Assembly (NCBI GenBank): GCA_963667015.2
Contig: CAXXJJ010000004.1
Location: 2,016,001 to 2,080,000, forward strand
Length of the DNA stretch: 64,000 nt
Reading direction: 5' to 3'
Origin: Desulfatiglandales bacterium
GTDB lineage: Bacteria; Desulfobacterota; DSM-4660; Desulfatiglandales; HGW-15
This document shows, piece by piece, positions 50,779-61,648 of the stretch. The number at the start of each line of letters is the position of its first letter. Position 1 is the stretch's first letter. The notes beneath the pieces are model-generated. The model searched no databases. It had not been told where the DNA came from and worked only from the letters and a program-made list of their open reading frames with translations. Made by a program: the position numbers and the translations under genes.

Positions 50779-52602
50779 ATGCTCGACAAAATACTCGGAA
50801 AAGAAATTGCACAATATCTAAGAAAGTACAGGCTATTAATTGCATGCGCCATACTTCCAGCCTGTATAGCCGCTTTCCTGGCAGTAATACCAGCTGAAAT
50901 AATCCCTTCCCTGATCGATAAAGGCTTTTCAATGGGAACTGAGCCTGTATCTCTGACCATCAAACTGCCGGTATTGGATTCCGAATCATCATTTCCTATC
51001 AAAATGGAAGAACGAAATTTTTTTAAAGATACAACCCCTAATTCACTTTTAATACTGATCTGCATTGTCTTTATAATTGCAAACATTTCCAAATCAATTG
51101 CAGTCTATATGAGTCGTATGGCAGCAGCGGCCTTTTCCAACAGAGCTATCAGATCAATAAGGATAGATCTGCACGACAAATTCATCTCACTCCATCAGGG
51201 GTTTTATCATGAACAAAAGATCGGAGCACTAATATCAAGATCAACAGCTGATCTGACTTTTATGCAGTCAAAAATATCCGACATTGTTATCGGTTTAGTC
51301 ATGCAGCCTCTAATGGCTTTTTTCTTCTTACTTTCTGCAATCAAGATGAATTATAAGTTAACACTAATCGTCCTGATAAGTACTCCTATAATTCTTGGAC
51401 TCGTACACTTGTTCGGGCGCAAAGTAAAGAAACATTCAAAAAGAGTTCAGGAATCTACCGCTGATATAACATCTGCCTATCAGGAAACACTACTCTGCCT
51501 CAAAGTAGTTCAGGGTTTCTGCACAACTGAAAACCACTCCGGAAAATTTCGGGAAATGGCGAATATTTTATATAAAAAAACCATGAACTGGAATCGATGG
51601 CTGAGGGGTATGGGCCCAATGCTGGATTCAGTAATGGCTATAATTCTTCCGGCCATTCTACTATTGGGGAAAATGTATTTTAATCATACTTCCGGCGAGT
51701 TAATGGGGTTATTTTACGCATTGTCCAGGGTCTACAGCCCGGTTAAACAACTGGCAAATATTAATAGTGACTTAAAAACCCTTCAGGGAGCTACCGAAAG
51801 AGTATTCGGTATTTTAAAAACAAACTCCGATATTTCAGATAAAGAAGGCGCTGTAATCCTGCCAAGACACCATAAAACAATTGAATTTAAGAACGTATCT
51901 TTTTCATACAAAAAAGAGAGCCCCATTCTACAGGACATCTCCTTTAGTGTTAAAGCTGGTGAAATGATAGCATTTGTCGGTTCAACAGGAGCAGGAAAAA
52001 GCACTCTTATGGACCTTTTACCCCGCTTTTATGATGTGACAGAAGGTCAGATCATGGTTGACGGAATGGATATCCGTGATGTTACGATAAAATCTCTCCG
52101 CGAACAGACAGGTATTGTAAGCCAGGAGGTACTTCTTTTTCACGACACAATATTAAATAATATCAGTTGCAGATCTTCAGATATTGATATGAAAGAGGTA
52201 ATTGAGGCGACTACTGCTGCCCATGCCCATGATTTTATAATGGCACAGCCTGACCAATATGAGACTGTAGTTGGAGACAGGGGTTCACTATTATCAGGAG
52301 GACAAAAACAGCGAATCTCTATTGCACGAGCAATACTTATAAAACCATCAATACTTATTCTTGATGAGGTTGCTTCTGCCCTTGATGCCGAAAGTGAAGA
52401 GCTTATTCAGAAATCCATACAATCTCTTAAAGGTAGATGTACTATTTTTGCTGTTGCTCACAGGTTAAGTACCATAAGAAATGCAGACAGGATTTTTGTA
52501 CTTGAAAAGGGAAGGATTGTTGAGTCAGGAACCCATGAAGAACTTATCAGTCGAAAAGATGGAAGATTCAGACAGCTTCACCATTTACAGTTTCAAAGCT
52601 GA
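50779..52602 (+). CDS. msbA: ABC exporter, MsbA-like (TMD+NBD)
   Basis: GSTGAGKS, LSGGQKQR, ILILDEV, AHRLST; beside lptG. Confidence 0.7.
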   Translation: MLDKILGKEIAQYLRKYRLLIACAILPACIAAFLAVIPAEIIPSLIDKGFSMGTEPVSLTIKLPVLDSESSFPIKMEERNFFKDTTPNSLLILICIVFIIANISKSIAVYMSRMAAAAFSNRAIRSIRIDLHDKFISLHQGFYHEQKIGALISRSTADLTFMQSKISDIVIGLVMQPLMAFFFLLSAIKMNYKLTLIVLISTPIILGLVHLFGRKVKKHSKRVQESTADITSAYQETLLCLKVVQGFCTTENHSGKFREMANILYKKTMNWNRWLRGMGPMLDSVMAIILPAILLLGKMYFNHTSGELMGLFYALSRVYSPVKQLANINSDLKTLQGATERVFGILKTNSDISDKEGAVILPRHHKTIEFKNVSFSYKKESPILQDISFSVKAGEMIAFVGSTGAGKSTLMDLLPRFYDVTEGQIMVDGMDIRDVTIKSLREQTGIVSQEVLLFHDTILNNISCRSSDIDMKEVIEATTAAHAHDFIMAQPDQYETVVGDRGSLLSGGQKQRISIARAILIKPSILILDEVASALDAESEELIQKSIQSLKGRCTIFAVAHRLSTIRNADRIFVLEKGRIVESGTHEELISRKDGRFRQLHHLQFQS

Positions 52603-52623
52603 CGATATTTAAGTTGGCAGCTA

Positions 52624-52905
52624 TTAAAGCTTTAATGTAGTTATGCCATAAACCCTGATTTTTTTATTTCTCGATTTTTCGCCTGAAATAATGTGAATAT
52701 CTTTTTTAGAAACCTTTAATTGTTTTGAAAGAAGGTCAATTACTGCTTTATTGGCCTTGCCGTCAACAGGTGGAGAGGTTACTTTAATCTTAACCAGGCC
52801 GCTTTCCTCTCTAACGATTTCATTCCTTGAAGATTTCGGAATTATCTTTGCGTCTACCTCTGTAAATATACTTTCGGTTTCTTTATTTTTCATTCCAGGC
52901 ACCAC
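52624..52905 (-). CDS. DUF167 (YggU) family protein
   Basis: PKSSRN, VTSPPVDGKAN, SGEKSRNK. Confidence 0.88.
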   Translation of the reverse strand: MVPGMKNKETESIFTEVDAKIIPKSSRNEIVREESGLVKIKVTSPPVDGKANKAVIDLLSKQLKVSKKDIHIISGEKSRNKKIRVYGITTLKL

Positions 52906-52984
52906 TCAGTGTAATATATAGAAGTTGAATTATTCACTCCTGTAGTATAAATTATCTGTAAAATAAAATCCAAGAGGAATATAC

Positions 52985-53788
52985 ATGATACTGATTAAAT
53001 CAATAATTGATTTTCTAATAATTCTGCTGCTTGTTAGGCTTCTTATAAGGCCTATCGAGACTAACTACAATCAGATATACAGCCTTATCTACCGAATAAC
53101 AGATTATATCCTGAAACCTTTAAAATCGATATTCCGCGATGATTTAAAATCTGTTTTAGTAAGTGTTCTGGGACTGGTTATAATAAGGGGGCTTATATAT
53201 CTTACCATAACTCGTTTCACAATACTGGCCGCAGTTGGAGTAAGCTTTTTAAATCTCCTTCAGCTGCTGTTCCAGTTCTATATGGCAGTATGGTTTATTG
53301 CTATATTTGCGGGAGACAGGGTCCATACGCCTGTCATAAGTGTGCTGCAAAGGGCTTTTCTACCTATAGGCTCTCTTGCTTCGAAGCTGAATATCCCGCG
53401 AAAATCCTTTTCCATTTTTTCATTTGTTTTTCTGATGGTTTCCTACGTTGTCGTTTCCTTTATCCTGTATATCCTTATCACCAGCGGACCGTTTTCAGGT
53501 TCACCTTATTTACTGCGCAGCGTTGTAGAAGGGTTGATCCTGATAGTTGATCTCTTTACAGGGTTTTTCTCACTGGTAATAATTATAGGAGCTTTACTGT
53601 CATGGGTAAGTCCGGATCCATACAATCCTGTTGTACAGACAATTTACGGGATAAGCGAACCTTTGCTGGAACCATTTCGGAAGATCATACCAAATTTGGG
53701 AGGACTTGATATTTCTCCCATTGCCGCCCTGATATGTTTTCGTATTATTGGCACACAGCTTGTTGGATTATTAAAACAGATAATGTGA
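52985..53788 (+). CDS. YggT family membrane protein (multiple YGGT repeats)
   Basis: LSWVSPDPYNPVV, EPLL.PFR.IIP..GGLDISP. Confidence 0.88.
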   Translation: MILIKSIIDFLIILLLVRLLIRPIETNYNQIYSLIYRITDYILKPLKSIFRDDLKSVLVSVLGLVIIRGLIYLTITRFTILAAVGVSFLNLLQLLFQFYMAVWFIAIFAGDRVHTPVISVLQRAFLPIGSLASKLNIPRKSFSIFSFVFLMVSYVVVSFILYILITSGPFSGSPYLLRSVVEGLILIVDLFTGFFSLVIIIGALLSWVSPDPYNPVVQTIYGISEPLLEPFRKIIPNLGGLDISPIAALICFRIIGTQLVGLLKQIM

Positions 53789-53826
53789 TAGATTCACGGG
53801 TTTGGTTCATTTCTCGTTTGGAAAAT

Positions 53827-54206
53827 AGGTAGAGCAGGCCATAAGCCGGGTTCTGTTTCCAGAGACGAAAAATACGTCCCTGAATGATGACCATTCATCT
53901 AGCCTTGATGTTGCCATCAAGATCAAGCGACCTACCCGGGGATTTGGGCGGACCACCCTCAAACTCCCCTTATTTGGTCTTGCTCCGGATGGGGTTTGCA
54001 TAGCTCCGGACGTCACCGCCCGGACTGGTGAGCTCTTACCTCACCGTTTCACCCTTACTCCCGGATTACTCCGGGAGCGGTTTACTTTCTGTTGCACTTT
54101 CCTGCCCGTCACCGGGACTGGACGTTATCCAGCATCCTGTCCTGTGGAGCCCGGACTTTCCTCCCCTTTGCAGTAAAGCAAAGCAGCGGCCATCCGGCCT
54201 GCTCTA
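53827..54206 (-). ncRNA. rnpB: RNase P RNA (bacterial type A)
   Basis: GAGGAAAGTCCGGGCTCC, AGTGCAACAGAAA, AACAGAACCCGGCTTA; termini pair (AGAGCAGGCC/GGCCTGCTCT). Confidence 0.97.
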
Positions 54207-54222
54207 ATTTTTTTGTATCTAT

Positions 54223-54960
54223 TTAAATTCCGTTTAATACCTTAACAAAAAATTCATCCTCACCCCAGTAAATAAGCCTGTTGCAATGGGGGCATGACAT
54301 CATTTCATTACATCTTTGCAGTTCATTAAACTTTTGAGGCGGGATTTCAAGATGGCATCCCTGGCATATCCCCCCAATCACGGAGCTAACTGCAACGCCG
54401 GCCCGCCTGTCACGCAACAGGTCATAGGTCTTAAGCATTCGCTGATCAATCGCACTATTATACCCTGTTCTTTCGGATATAAGGTCCTGGGTCTCTTTAT
54501 CAAGCTCAAGGAGTTCTTTCTCTATCTCCTTTTTTTCCTCTTCATACTCTTCCCTGAGTTTCTCCTGTTCACCCTTGATATCATTACACTCTGCTTTAAG
54601 GGACTCAATTTCTTCCATCATCTGAAGAATTCTATCTTCTTTTTTCCCCTTTTCTTTTTCAATGTCAGATATCTCTTTTAATGCTGCAGTATATTCTTTA
54701 TTTGATTTTATATTATTCAGTTTTTCCTGACTTTTTGCATACCTGCTTTCTATATCCTGCACATCCTTTTCAAGTGCGCGTCTTTCTTTTTCAAGGGAAT
54801 CAAGCTTGTCAAACTTTGACTTGTATATGCTTGAAGCCTCTTCAAATGTCTCTTCCAACTTTGCAATCTGTACCGGAACCTGATCCCTTTTGGCTTGAAT
54901 AGCTTTTATTTTATTGTCGCATTCCTGAAGTATGATCAATTTTTTTATATTATCTTTCAA
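54223..54960 (-). CDS. Coiled-coil protein with C4 zinc ribbon (DUF164/CT398-like)
   Basis: Long coiled coil, NKEY.AL.KEI, CQGCH...CPHCNRL. Confidence 0.92.
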   Translation of the reverse strand: MKDNIKKLIILQECDNKIKAIQAKRDQVPVQIAKLEETFEEASSIYKSKFDKLDSLEKERRALEKDVQDIESRYAKSQEKLNNIKSNKEYTAALKEISDIEKEKGKKEDRILQMMEEIESLKAECNDIKGEQEKLREEYEEEKKEIEKELLELDKETQDLISERTGYNSAIDQRMLKTYDLLRDRRAGVAVSSVIGGICQGCHLEIPPQKFNELQRCNEMMSCPHCNRLIYWGEDEFFVKVLNGI

Positions 54961-54984
54961 TTCCAGCCCTCCCCTGTTTTTTTA

Positions 54985-55794
54985 TTATATTATCCTGACC
55001 GGGTCAGTTTCTTCATCAAACAACTCGATAGTAATATTCATTTTATTGTTCTCGAATAGTTTATCGAGGTTCATTACAAAGCCCGACAGTGCAGCCCTTT
55101 CCGTTCTAAAATGACCTGCATCAATAACACTTATATTCAAGGTTTTTGCCGTGAGGGCGTCATGGTGTCCTATATCTCCGGTTATTAACAAATCTGCTTT
55201 TTTTTCAACTGCAGTATTAATAAAGTCTCTCCCTGATCCTCCCACAACAGCAATACGTTTTACAATCGATTCATCGGGGCCAATAATCTTTGCAGCATCC
55301 AGCCCGAGAAGATCCTTAATTAACCTGGAAAAAGAAAGCAGGTCAGAGGGCTCAGGCAAATCACCTATCACCCCTATTCCATATCCTCCTTCGCCATATA
55401 ACTCCCTGGGCTCCAGGACCTCGATACCGGTAAGACCGATCTCTTTTGCAAGGTGATGATTAATACCTGTCTTGGCTGAATCCAGATTTGTATGAGCCGC
55501 TACAATTGCGATATCATTTTTTACTGCTTCACATATAACATCACCCGGATAGGTATTTAAATCAATGCATGATACCCCCCTGAATAATAGAGGATGATGA
55601 GTAAGTAATAACTGGGCGCCTGTTGATGAAGCCTTTTTCACAGCCTCAAAAGTCGGATCTAGTGCAACAAGGATCTTTTTTATTGTCTGGCTATATGATC
55701 CAACCTGAAGACCTGAATTATCCCAACTTTCAGCAAGCTCAAAAGGCGCCAATTCATCGAGGATGCTTAAAACTTCTTTCAGATCTGGAAACAT
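54985..55794 (-). CDS. Nif3-like dinuclear metal-centre protein (YbgI family)
   Basis: AESWDNSGL, THHPL, HTNLD, GGSG, DAGHF.TE. Confidence 0.93.
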   Translation of the reverse strand: MFPDLKEVLSILDELAPFELAESWDNSGLQVGSYSQTIKKILVALDPTFEAVKKASSTGAQLLLTHHPLLFRGVSCIDLNTYPGDVICEAVKNDIAIVAAHTNLDSAKTGINHHLAKEIGLTGIEVLEPRELYGEGGYGIGVIGDLPEPSDLLSFSRLIKDLLGLDAAKIIGPDESIVKRIAVVGGSGRDFINTAVEKKADLLITGDIGHHDALTAKTLNISVIDAGHFRTERAALSGFVMNLDKLFENNKMNITIELFDEETDPVRII

Positions 55795-55925
55795 ATCAAC
55801 CCATCGCCCCTGATAATTTTAAAAAGTTGAAATAATGAACTGCCCCGCTGCAAACGATGAGGTATCAGGTTTTACACTTCACAACAAAAAGGACAATATT
55901 ACTAAAAGCACATGATTAAAAATGG

Positions 55926-55955
55926 AAAGGGCGCATCTTTAATGATGCGCCCTTT
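55926..55955. terminator. Hairpin downstream of tRNA-Ile2
   Basis: AAAGGGCGCATC-TTTAAT-GATGCGCCCTTT, 12-bp stem. Confidence 0.65.
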
Positions 55956-56023
55956 AAGCTACTGATCTCTTAATTGAGATTTATTTTTATATATTTGAAA
56001 AATTAACATTTTGCCTTTCATGA

Positions 56024-56096
56024 TGGGCCCACCTGGGTTCGAACCAGGGACCTACCGGTTATGAGCCGGTGGCTCTTCCAGCTGAGCTATGGGCCC
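56024..56096 (-). tRNA. tRNA with CAT anticodon, probably tRNA-Ile2 (lysidine); CCA not encoded
   Basis: GGGCCCATAGCTCAG..CCGGCT-CAT-AACCGG..GTTCGAA..TGGGCCCA; C4-G69/C5-G68 TilS determinants; not initiator-like; lies after rpoD. Confidence 0.9.
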
Positions 56097-56178
56097 TTAA
56101 GATTGCTGCTTGATTCAGGCTGTATAAAATGCAACCGGAAACGATTTTTGTCAAGAAAAAATGCAAATAAAATTTCAA

Positions 56179-57942
56179 CTAACGTTCAATAAAGCTTTTT
56201 AATTTTCTGCTCCTGCTCGGATGCCTGAGTTTTCTAAGGGCCTTTGCCTCAATCTGCCTGATCCGCTCCCTTGTGACATTAAAATCCCTGCCAACTTCTT
56301 CAAGAGTATGATCGGATTTTTCGCCTATACCGAATCTCATCCTGAGGACCTTCTCTTCTCTTGGTGTAAGAGATGTAAGCACCTTTCTTGTCTGCTCTCC
56401 AAGGCTGTGGTTCACTACTGCTTCACCCGGAGATATCACTTTTTTATCCTCTATGAAATCACCAAGATGGCTGTCCTCCTCCTCACCAATCGGTGTCTCG
56501 AGAGAGATAGGTTCTTTTGCTATCTTCAAGACCTTACGTACTTTTTCCAGCGGAAACTCCATCTTTTCTGCAATCTCTTCAGGAGTGGGTTCCCTGCCAT
56601 GTTCCTGAACAAGGTATCTGGATGTCCGTATAAGCTTGTTAATTGTCTCGATCATATGAACAGGAATACGTATTGTTCTTGCCTGATCAGCAATAGCCCT
56701 TGTTATTGCCTGCCTGATCCACCAGGTAGCATAGGTGCTGAACTTGTATCCACGCTGATACTCAAATTTTTCAACAGCCTTCATCAGGCCTATATTTCCT
56801 TCCTGAATCAGATCAAGAAACTGAAGGCCTCTGTTGGTGTATTTCTTGGCAATACTTACTACCAGTCTGAGATTCGCCTGGATGAGTTCCTTTTTTGCAA
56901 GTTTAGATTTCTCAAGACTGCGTCTTGCCGTGTCCAGAGTCTCCCTCAGCTCCCTTGTGGTCATATTTGTACGGTCTTTAGTTTCTTTTATTGTTTTTTG
57001 CGCCTCGTTAATCTCTGTTCTAAAGATAAGCAGTTCTGATTTTTTCTTTTTCAGCGCTGTTACAATATCATTATCCTTTGCATTTTTCGGGATACTGCTG
57101 ATACATTTTTTTATGTATGTGATTGATTTACCACCGGCCTTTAGAACACATTCTGAAACCTGGTTGTCAGCCTTTTCACAATCTATGACCATTTCGCGGA
57201 GCATATCCATCATATTGTCGAGCTGACCCTTTTCAAGTTTAAAGCTGCATATCATTTCAAAAATCTTGTCATAGATCTTCGTCATTTTAGTCGAAAGCTT
57301 TTTCTTCTTGGCGACGGCACAGCTCTTCTTGGATATTTCAACCTTTATTTTACAATATTCTTCATATAGCTCCTTGATATCATCAATCAATTTAATAAGG
57401 TGCTCTCTTTTTTCACCTATCTGGGCATGATTCTCTTCATAATCAGGATCATTGATAATATTTTTTAACTTTACTTCGCCGGTCTTCAGCTTTTCTCCAA
57501 GATCAATTATATATTCTATCCCTACGCAGCACTTCAAAAGCAGCTCAAGGGTATTTTTTTCACCTTCTTCAATTCTTTTTGCTATATCAACTTCACCTTC
57601 TCTGGTTAGAAGCGAGATACAGCCCATCTCTTTAAGATACATCTTTACAGGATCAGATACCCTCGCTGTGTTATCAACGATATCAGCACGAAAATCTTCT
57701 TTTTCCAGCTCTTTTTCTTTCTTTTTCTTTAGTTTTCTGGATTTTTCGATTTCGTTCTTTGCTGCCTCGTCAATAACCATGATATCCAATTCTTCAAACA
57801 TCATCATTACATCGTCGATATGCTCTGAAGAGATTATTTCATCCGGCAGATCGTCATTCAGCTCTTCGTAAGTAATGTAGCCTTTGTCTTTACCGATATC
57901 TATTAATCGCTTCAAATTATGCATATCAGATTTATTTGTCAT
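56179..57942 (-). CDS. rpoD: Primary sigma factor sigma70
   Basis: [45 protein letters not shown]. Confidence 0.98.
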   Translation of the reverse strand: MTNKSDMHNLKRLIDIGKDKGYITYEELNDDLPDEIISSEHIDDVMMMFEELDIMVIDEAAKNEIEKSRKLKKKKEKELEKEDFRADIVDNTARVSDPVKMYLKEMGCISLLTREGEVDIAKRIEEGEKNTLELLLKCCVGIEYIIDLGEKLKTGEVKLKNIINDPDYEENHAQIGEKREHLIKLIDDIKELYEEYCKIKVEISKKSCAVAKKKKLSTKMTKIYDKIFEMICSFKLEKGQLDNMMDMLREMVIDCEKADNQVSECVLKAGGKSITYIKKCISSIPKNAKDNDIVTALKKKKSELLIFRTEINEAQKTIKETKDRTNMTTRELRETLDTARRSLEKSKLAKKELIQANLRLVVSIAKKYTNRGLQFLDLIQEGNIGLMKAVEKFEYQRGYKFSTYATWWIRQAITRAIADQARTIRIPVHMIETINKLIRTSRYLVQEHGREPTPEEIAEKMEFPLEKVRKVLKIAKEPISLETPIGEEEDSHLGDFIEDKKVISPGEAVVNHSLGEQTRKVLTSLTPREEKVLRMRFGIGEKSDHTLEEVGRDFNVTRERIRQIEAKALRKLRHPSRSRKLKSFIER

Positions 57943-58037
57943 ACTATCCCTCCTGATAATTACCTATATCCGGTTATTTATTTAAACCTTTTCTATACTC
58001 TCTGAACAGGCATATAAAAAAGGAGATTTTTCAGGCC

Positions 58038-59774
58038 TTATACTGCTCTTCTCTGCTTAATTAACTCATTAAGCATTTTAAGATCGCCAGTTTTTTTTGC
58101 CTTATTAATCGAATTTGTTAACTCTATATCGTTTATTCTGTTTTCAAACTCAGCAACAGCCTGTCTGGCTGAGTCTCCTTTATATATTGGTTCCGAAAGC
58201 ATTACTTCGCTAAATATTTCTCTTTCAGGACCTTCCTGCATGCTCTCAAGTATCTGTTCCGGAACCAGATTTTTTTCCAGTCTATATATCTCGGCAAGTC
58301 GGTTAAAAATCTTAACTACTTCATTGTCAGATATCAGTAATCTGAAATCATCCATGAGGATTCTCTCTGCAGTTTCCGGTGAATGTATTAAAAGATTAAG
58401 AAGATGATACTCCTTGAGGCTTTTAACCCTCGATCCCTTTACTTCTGATTCCAGATTTCCCCTTCTTTCTTTCTCTGATCCGCCCCTCCTGAGTCTTTTC
58501 ATTTCATCAAGGATAATTGATTCAGCGATATCACATTTCTCACAGAAATGCCTTATATATACCGATCTCTGCAGATCACTCGAAATTTCTGACAGTACCG
58601 GAATAACTTCCTTTAATATCTCGACCTTCCCTGTTACCCCTGATTCCAGCCCTGTTATTTTTGATTCCACATAAAAATCAAACATGGGAACCGAGTTATC
58701 CAGAAGACTCAAAAAGGAATCCAGCCCCCTGTTGTTGACAAATGAATCAGGGTCTTCTCCTTCGGGCAATATCATAACCCTGGCTTTCAGGCCTTCATTC
58801 AAAAAAAGGGGAAGGCTTTTTATAGCTGCATTTTTTCCTGCAGCATCGGAATCAAACAGAACAATAATCTCCTTTGCAAAACCTTTGAGCTTTCTTATAT
58901 GAGACGGTGTGAGTGCTGTACCCAGGGTTGCAACCGCCCCGTGAAATCCGTGATTATTTAATGCAAGGACATCCGTATAACCTTCCACAATAACTACGCG
59001 ACCTGTTTCGCGTATATGTGTGAAGGCCATATTTAATCCATATAATAATTCACCTTTATGAAAAACAGGTGTCTCCGGGGTATTCAGATATTTTGGCAGT
59101 GAATCATCAAGCACTCTGCCGCCAAAACCTGCAACCCTTCCCTCCATGTCAAAAATAGGGAAAATCACCCTTCCCCTGAAACGGTCGTAATACCCGCCAT
59201 TTTTTTTGGGAATCAGGAGACCGGCCTGTTCCGCTTTTTCAAGACTTATTTTCTTTCGGGACAGGATCTTTACCAGGCCGTCCCACCCATCAAGTGCATA
59301 ACCTAACTTAAATTTACTGACGGTTTCACGGGATACCAGCCTTTTTTCGAAATATTCAATACCCTTTTGCCCGTTATCCGTCTTTTCGAGTATATAATTA
59401 TAATATCCCGCCGCAGCATTATTTATTCGGTACAGCAATTCCTTTAAATCAAGCTCTTTCTTTTGAGCCGGGGATATCTTTTTTTCAGGAAGTATTACGC
59501 TATACCTATCAGCAAGGTCTTTAATGGCCTGTGGAAACGCAACCTTGTGATATTCCATCCAAAAAGCAAAAACATCTCCACTTTTCTTACACCCGAAACA
59601 GTGGAACATCTGCTTTGACTGACTTACTGTAAAAGAAGGATCCTTATCGCCATGAAACGGGCATAATCCAATATGATTCAAACCAGCCTTTTTCAGTTGT
59701 ACATACTGCCCAATCAGTTCGACAATATCCGCCGTTCTCTTTATCTCTTCCTTGGCTAACTGATAGGGATCCAT
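58038..59774 (-). CDS. dnaG: DNA primase
   Basis: CPFH..CFGC zinc finger, DRFRGR, KYLNTPET, VEGYTD, DSDAAG, DPD. Confidence 0.98.
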   Translation of the reverse strand: MDPYQLAKEEIKRTADIVELIGQYVQLKKAGLNHIGLCPFHGDKDPSFTVSQSKQMFHCFGCKKSGDVFAFWMEYHKVAFPQAIKDLADRYSVILPEKKISPAQKKELDLKELLYRINNAAAGYYNYILEKTDNGQKGIEYFEKRLVSRETVSKFKLGYALDGWDGLVKILSRKKISLEKAEQAGLLIPKKNGGYYDRFRGRVIFPIFDMEGRVAGFGGRVLDDSLPKYLNTPETPVFHKGELLYGLNMAFTHIRETGRVVIVEGYTDVLALNNHGFHGAVATLGTALTPSHIRKLKGFAKEIIVLFDSDAAGKNAAIKSLPLFLNEGLKARVMILPEGEDPDSFVNNRGLDSFLSLLDNSVPMFDFYVESKITGLESGVTGKVEILKEVIPVLSEISSDLQRSVYIRHFCEKCDIAESIILDEMKRLRRGGSEKERRGNLESEVKGSRVKSLKEYHLLNLLIHSPETAERILMDDFRLLISDNEVVKIFNRLAEIYRLEKNLVPEQILESMQEGPEREIFSEVMLSEPIYKGDSARQAVAEFENRINDIELTNSINKAKKTGDLKMLNELIKQRRAV

Positions 59775-59862
59775 TTTATTCCTTCATTGATAGACATGGC
59801 CTTATCCTCCGGGCATCCGGATAATTTCCAGTCAAGGCCAGGGCAATTCAGTTAAACATTTC

Positions 59863-59890
59863 ATTATATTAACGATTTTATATTTGTCAA
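59863..59890 (-). promoter_or_regulatory. sigma70 promoter of dnaG-rpoD
   Basis: TTGACA(59890-85)-N16-TATAAT(59868-63). Confidence 0.7.
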
Positions 59891-59976
59891 TGACGAAAAA
59901 GCGGGTTTAAGCGGCTTATTTTTATAAAATTACAATAGATTAAGAAAAATATATTGACCAAATTAAATTTGGACGA

Positions 59977-60675
59977 TTATTCCTTATTTTTCAAAGGCAT
60001 ACTGTCTATCAATTCTTTCAAACCGACCTCAGCCAGGGTGTCGGCATCCACCCATTTCCCTTTGAATTTTAAAAATGATTTAATCTCCAGAAGGTTTTCA
60101 CTCAGGGATTTTTGTGTTTTATCAAACCTTCCCTTCCATAAAAAAGAACCATCTTCCACATTTACAAGATATGCATCAAAGGCTACCGAAGCAGGCCTAC
60201 CGGCTGCAAGTTCGCTTCCCTCACGCTCATGCATCCGGTAGAGATATCCGGTCATAACAACATCCGCAGAAACAGCCTTTCCTACAGACTGGAGTATTTT
60301 TACCTGATTATTGGAACTCTCTTCAAAAAGTTCGGGATTTGTCAGGTTTTTTATTTCACGCAGATTTATAAACTCATAATCCTTTGAATCCATCAGCAGG
60401 GTATACATCTTGTCAGACATTATATCTGCCAATGATTGACTTACCGGCTCAGACCTTACAGCACCGCCGGTCAATGGATTAAGGAATAAAGCCGGTTCCT
60501 GACCGGGAGATAATGCCGGCTTAAAGCCCAAAAAAACAATCCTGCCGACTTCAACAGGGGGCCCAGAATATTCAATCCCGCCTTTATTTTTAACCGTGCA
60601 TCCACTGATAAGAACTGCCAGGAGAAAAATAAGTAAATTCCGGGTCAGCCGAAGGTTATATTTTTTTGTTGGCAT
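59977..60675 (-). CDS. Lipoprotein of unknown function (CsgG/LpoB-like fold possible)
   Basis: Lipobox LISGC after a hydrophobic helix; VGKAVSADVVMTG..DGSFLW pattern. Confidence 0.7.
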   Translation of the reverse strand: MPTKKYNLRLTRNLLIFLLAVLISGCTVKNKGGIEYSGPPVEVGRIVFLGFKPALSPGQEPALFLNPLTGGAVRSEPVSQSLADIMSDKMYTLLMDSKDYEFINLREIKNLTNPELFEESSNNQVKILQSVGKAVSADVVMTGYLYRMHEREGSELAAGRPASVAFDAYLVNVEDGSFLWKGRFDKTQKSLSENLLEIKSFLKFKGKWVDADTLAEVGLKELIDSMPLKNKE

Positions 60676-60714
60676 ATTGCCCCCATTTTAAGGAATCATG
60701 GTTATCTGTCTTTT

Positions 60715-61305
60715 CTACAAAAGCCCCTTTGATGAGGGAACTTTTCCACCAAGTCTTTCTTCAACCGCAGTAGCCATATCCAGGGCCTTTCCAAGTGCCT
60801 TGAAAATAGACTCGGCTATATGATGGGGGTCTTTACCTGAAATCAGATCCACATGCATGGTAATTCCCGAATAGGTAACAAAGGCCCTGAAAAATTCTTC
60901 CAGAAGTTCAATGTCAAAGCTGCCCGTTCTACTGTTGTTTACAGAAACTCGATATGCCAGAAAAGGCCGGTTTGAGATATCAATAACAACACTGGACATT
61001 GCCTCGTCCATTGGCACAGAAGCCTGCCCATACCGCCTGATTCCTTTTTTATCATCAAGGCTCTTGCATATTGCCTGGCCGAAGCATATGCCCAGATCTT
61101 CAACAGTATGGTGATAATCAATATCAATATCACCACTTGCAGTAATATCAAGATCCATAAACCCGTGAACAGCCATCAGGTTCAGCATGTGATCCATAAA
61201 CGGAATGCCTGTGTTGATAGTTGTTTTTCCGTTTCCATCCAGATCAATATCAATCCGGATATCCGTTTCATTTGTCTTACGATCTATTATTGCCTTTCTT
61301 TTCAT
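60715..61305 (-). CDS. hisB: Imidazoleglycerol-phosphate dehydratase
   Basis: RKTNET, FMDHML, DYHHTVED, PMDEA, HHIAESIFKA, PSSKG. Confidence 0.97.
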   Translation of the reverse strand: MKRKAIIDRKTNETDIRIDIDLDGNGKTTINTGIPFMDHMLNLMAVHGFMDLDITASGDIDIDYHHTVEDLGICFGQAICKSLDDKKGIRRYGQASVPMDEAMSSVVIDISNRPFLAYRVSVNNSRTGSFDIELLEEFFRAFVTYSGITMHVDLISGKDPHHIAESIFKALGKALDMATAVEERLGGKVPSSKGLL

Positions 61306-61348
61306 TTACCGTACTCCATAGGGGAAAATAAACATTAATAAATTATTA

Positions 61349-61648
61349 CCTGAATTTTGCACGAAATCGTTCTGAAATGCATATAGGGTTCTATGAACCT
61401 CGTTATTACTGAGTTTTGAAAGGCTTAATATTTTCCATACTTTAACCAAGAGGTAATGAAGTACAATTTTACAATTCTAAAAAGCTAGCCTGATAAGGCT
61501 TTTCAATGCCACCCGGAAAGCCAGTAAAATAGGGGCTCTTAAAACACAGTGTTTTTATGGTACGTTTAACCATTTGATAATTCGTTGAAATTTACCCGTG
61601 CAAAAAAATTCTTGCACGGGATTTTATAAAAGTGGTGCAAAATTCAGG
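61349..61648. mobile_element. 300-bp MITE (non-autonomous IS derivative)
   Basis: Perfect 14-bp TIRs CCTGAATTTTGCAC / GTGCAAAATTCAGG, flanked by 5-bp direct repeat TATTA (61344-48, 61649-53); no ORF of 60 aa or more. Confidence 0.85.

Noticed and set aside
53807..54016. 69-aa ORF on the minus strand
   Set aside because: Lies within RNase P RNA
56021..56096. tRNA genes lacking encoded CCA (Ile2, Arg) as an anomaly
   Set aside because: Common in bacteria; CCA is added post-transcriptionally
56221..57039. 272-aa ORF antisense to rpoD
   Set aside because: Shadow ORF of a conserved gene; no recognisable motifs
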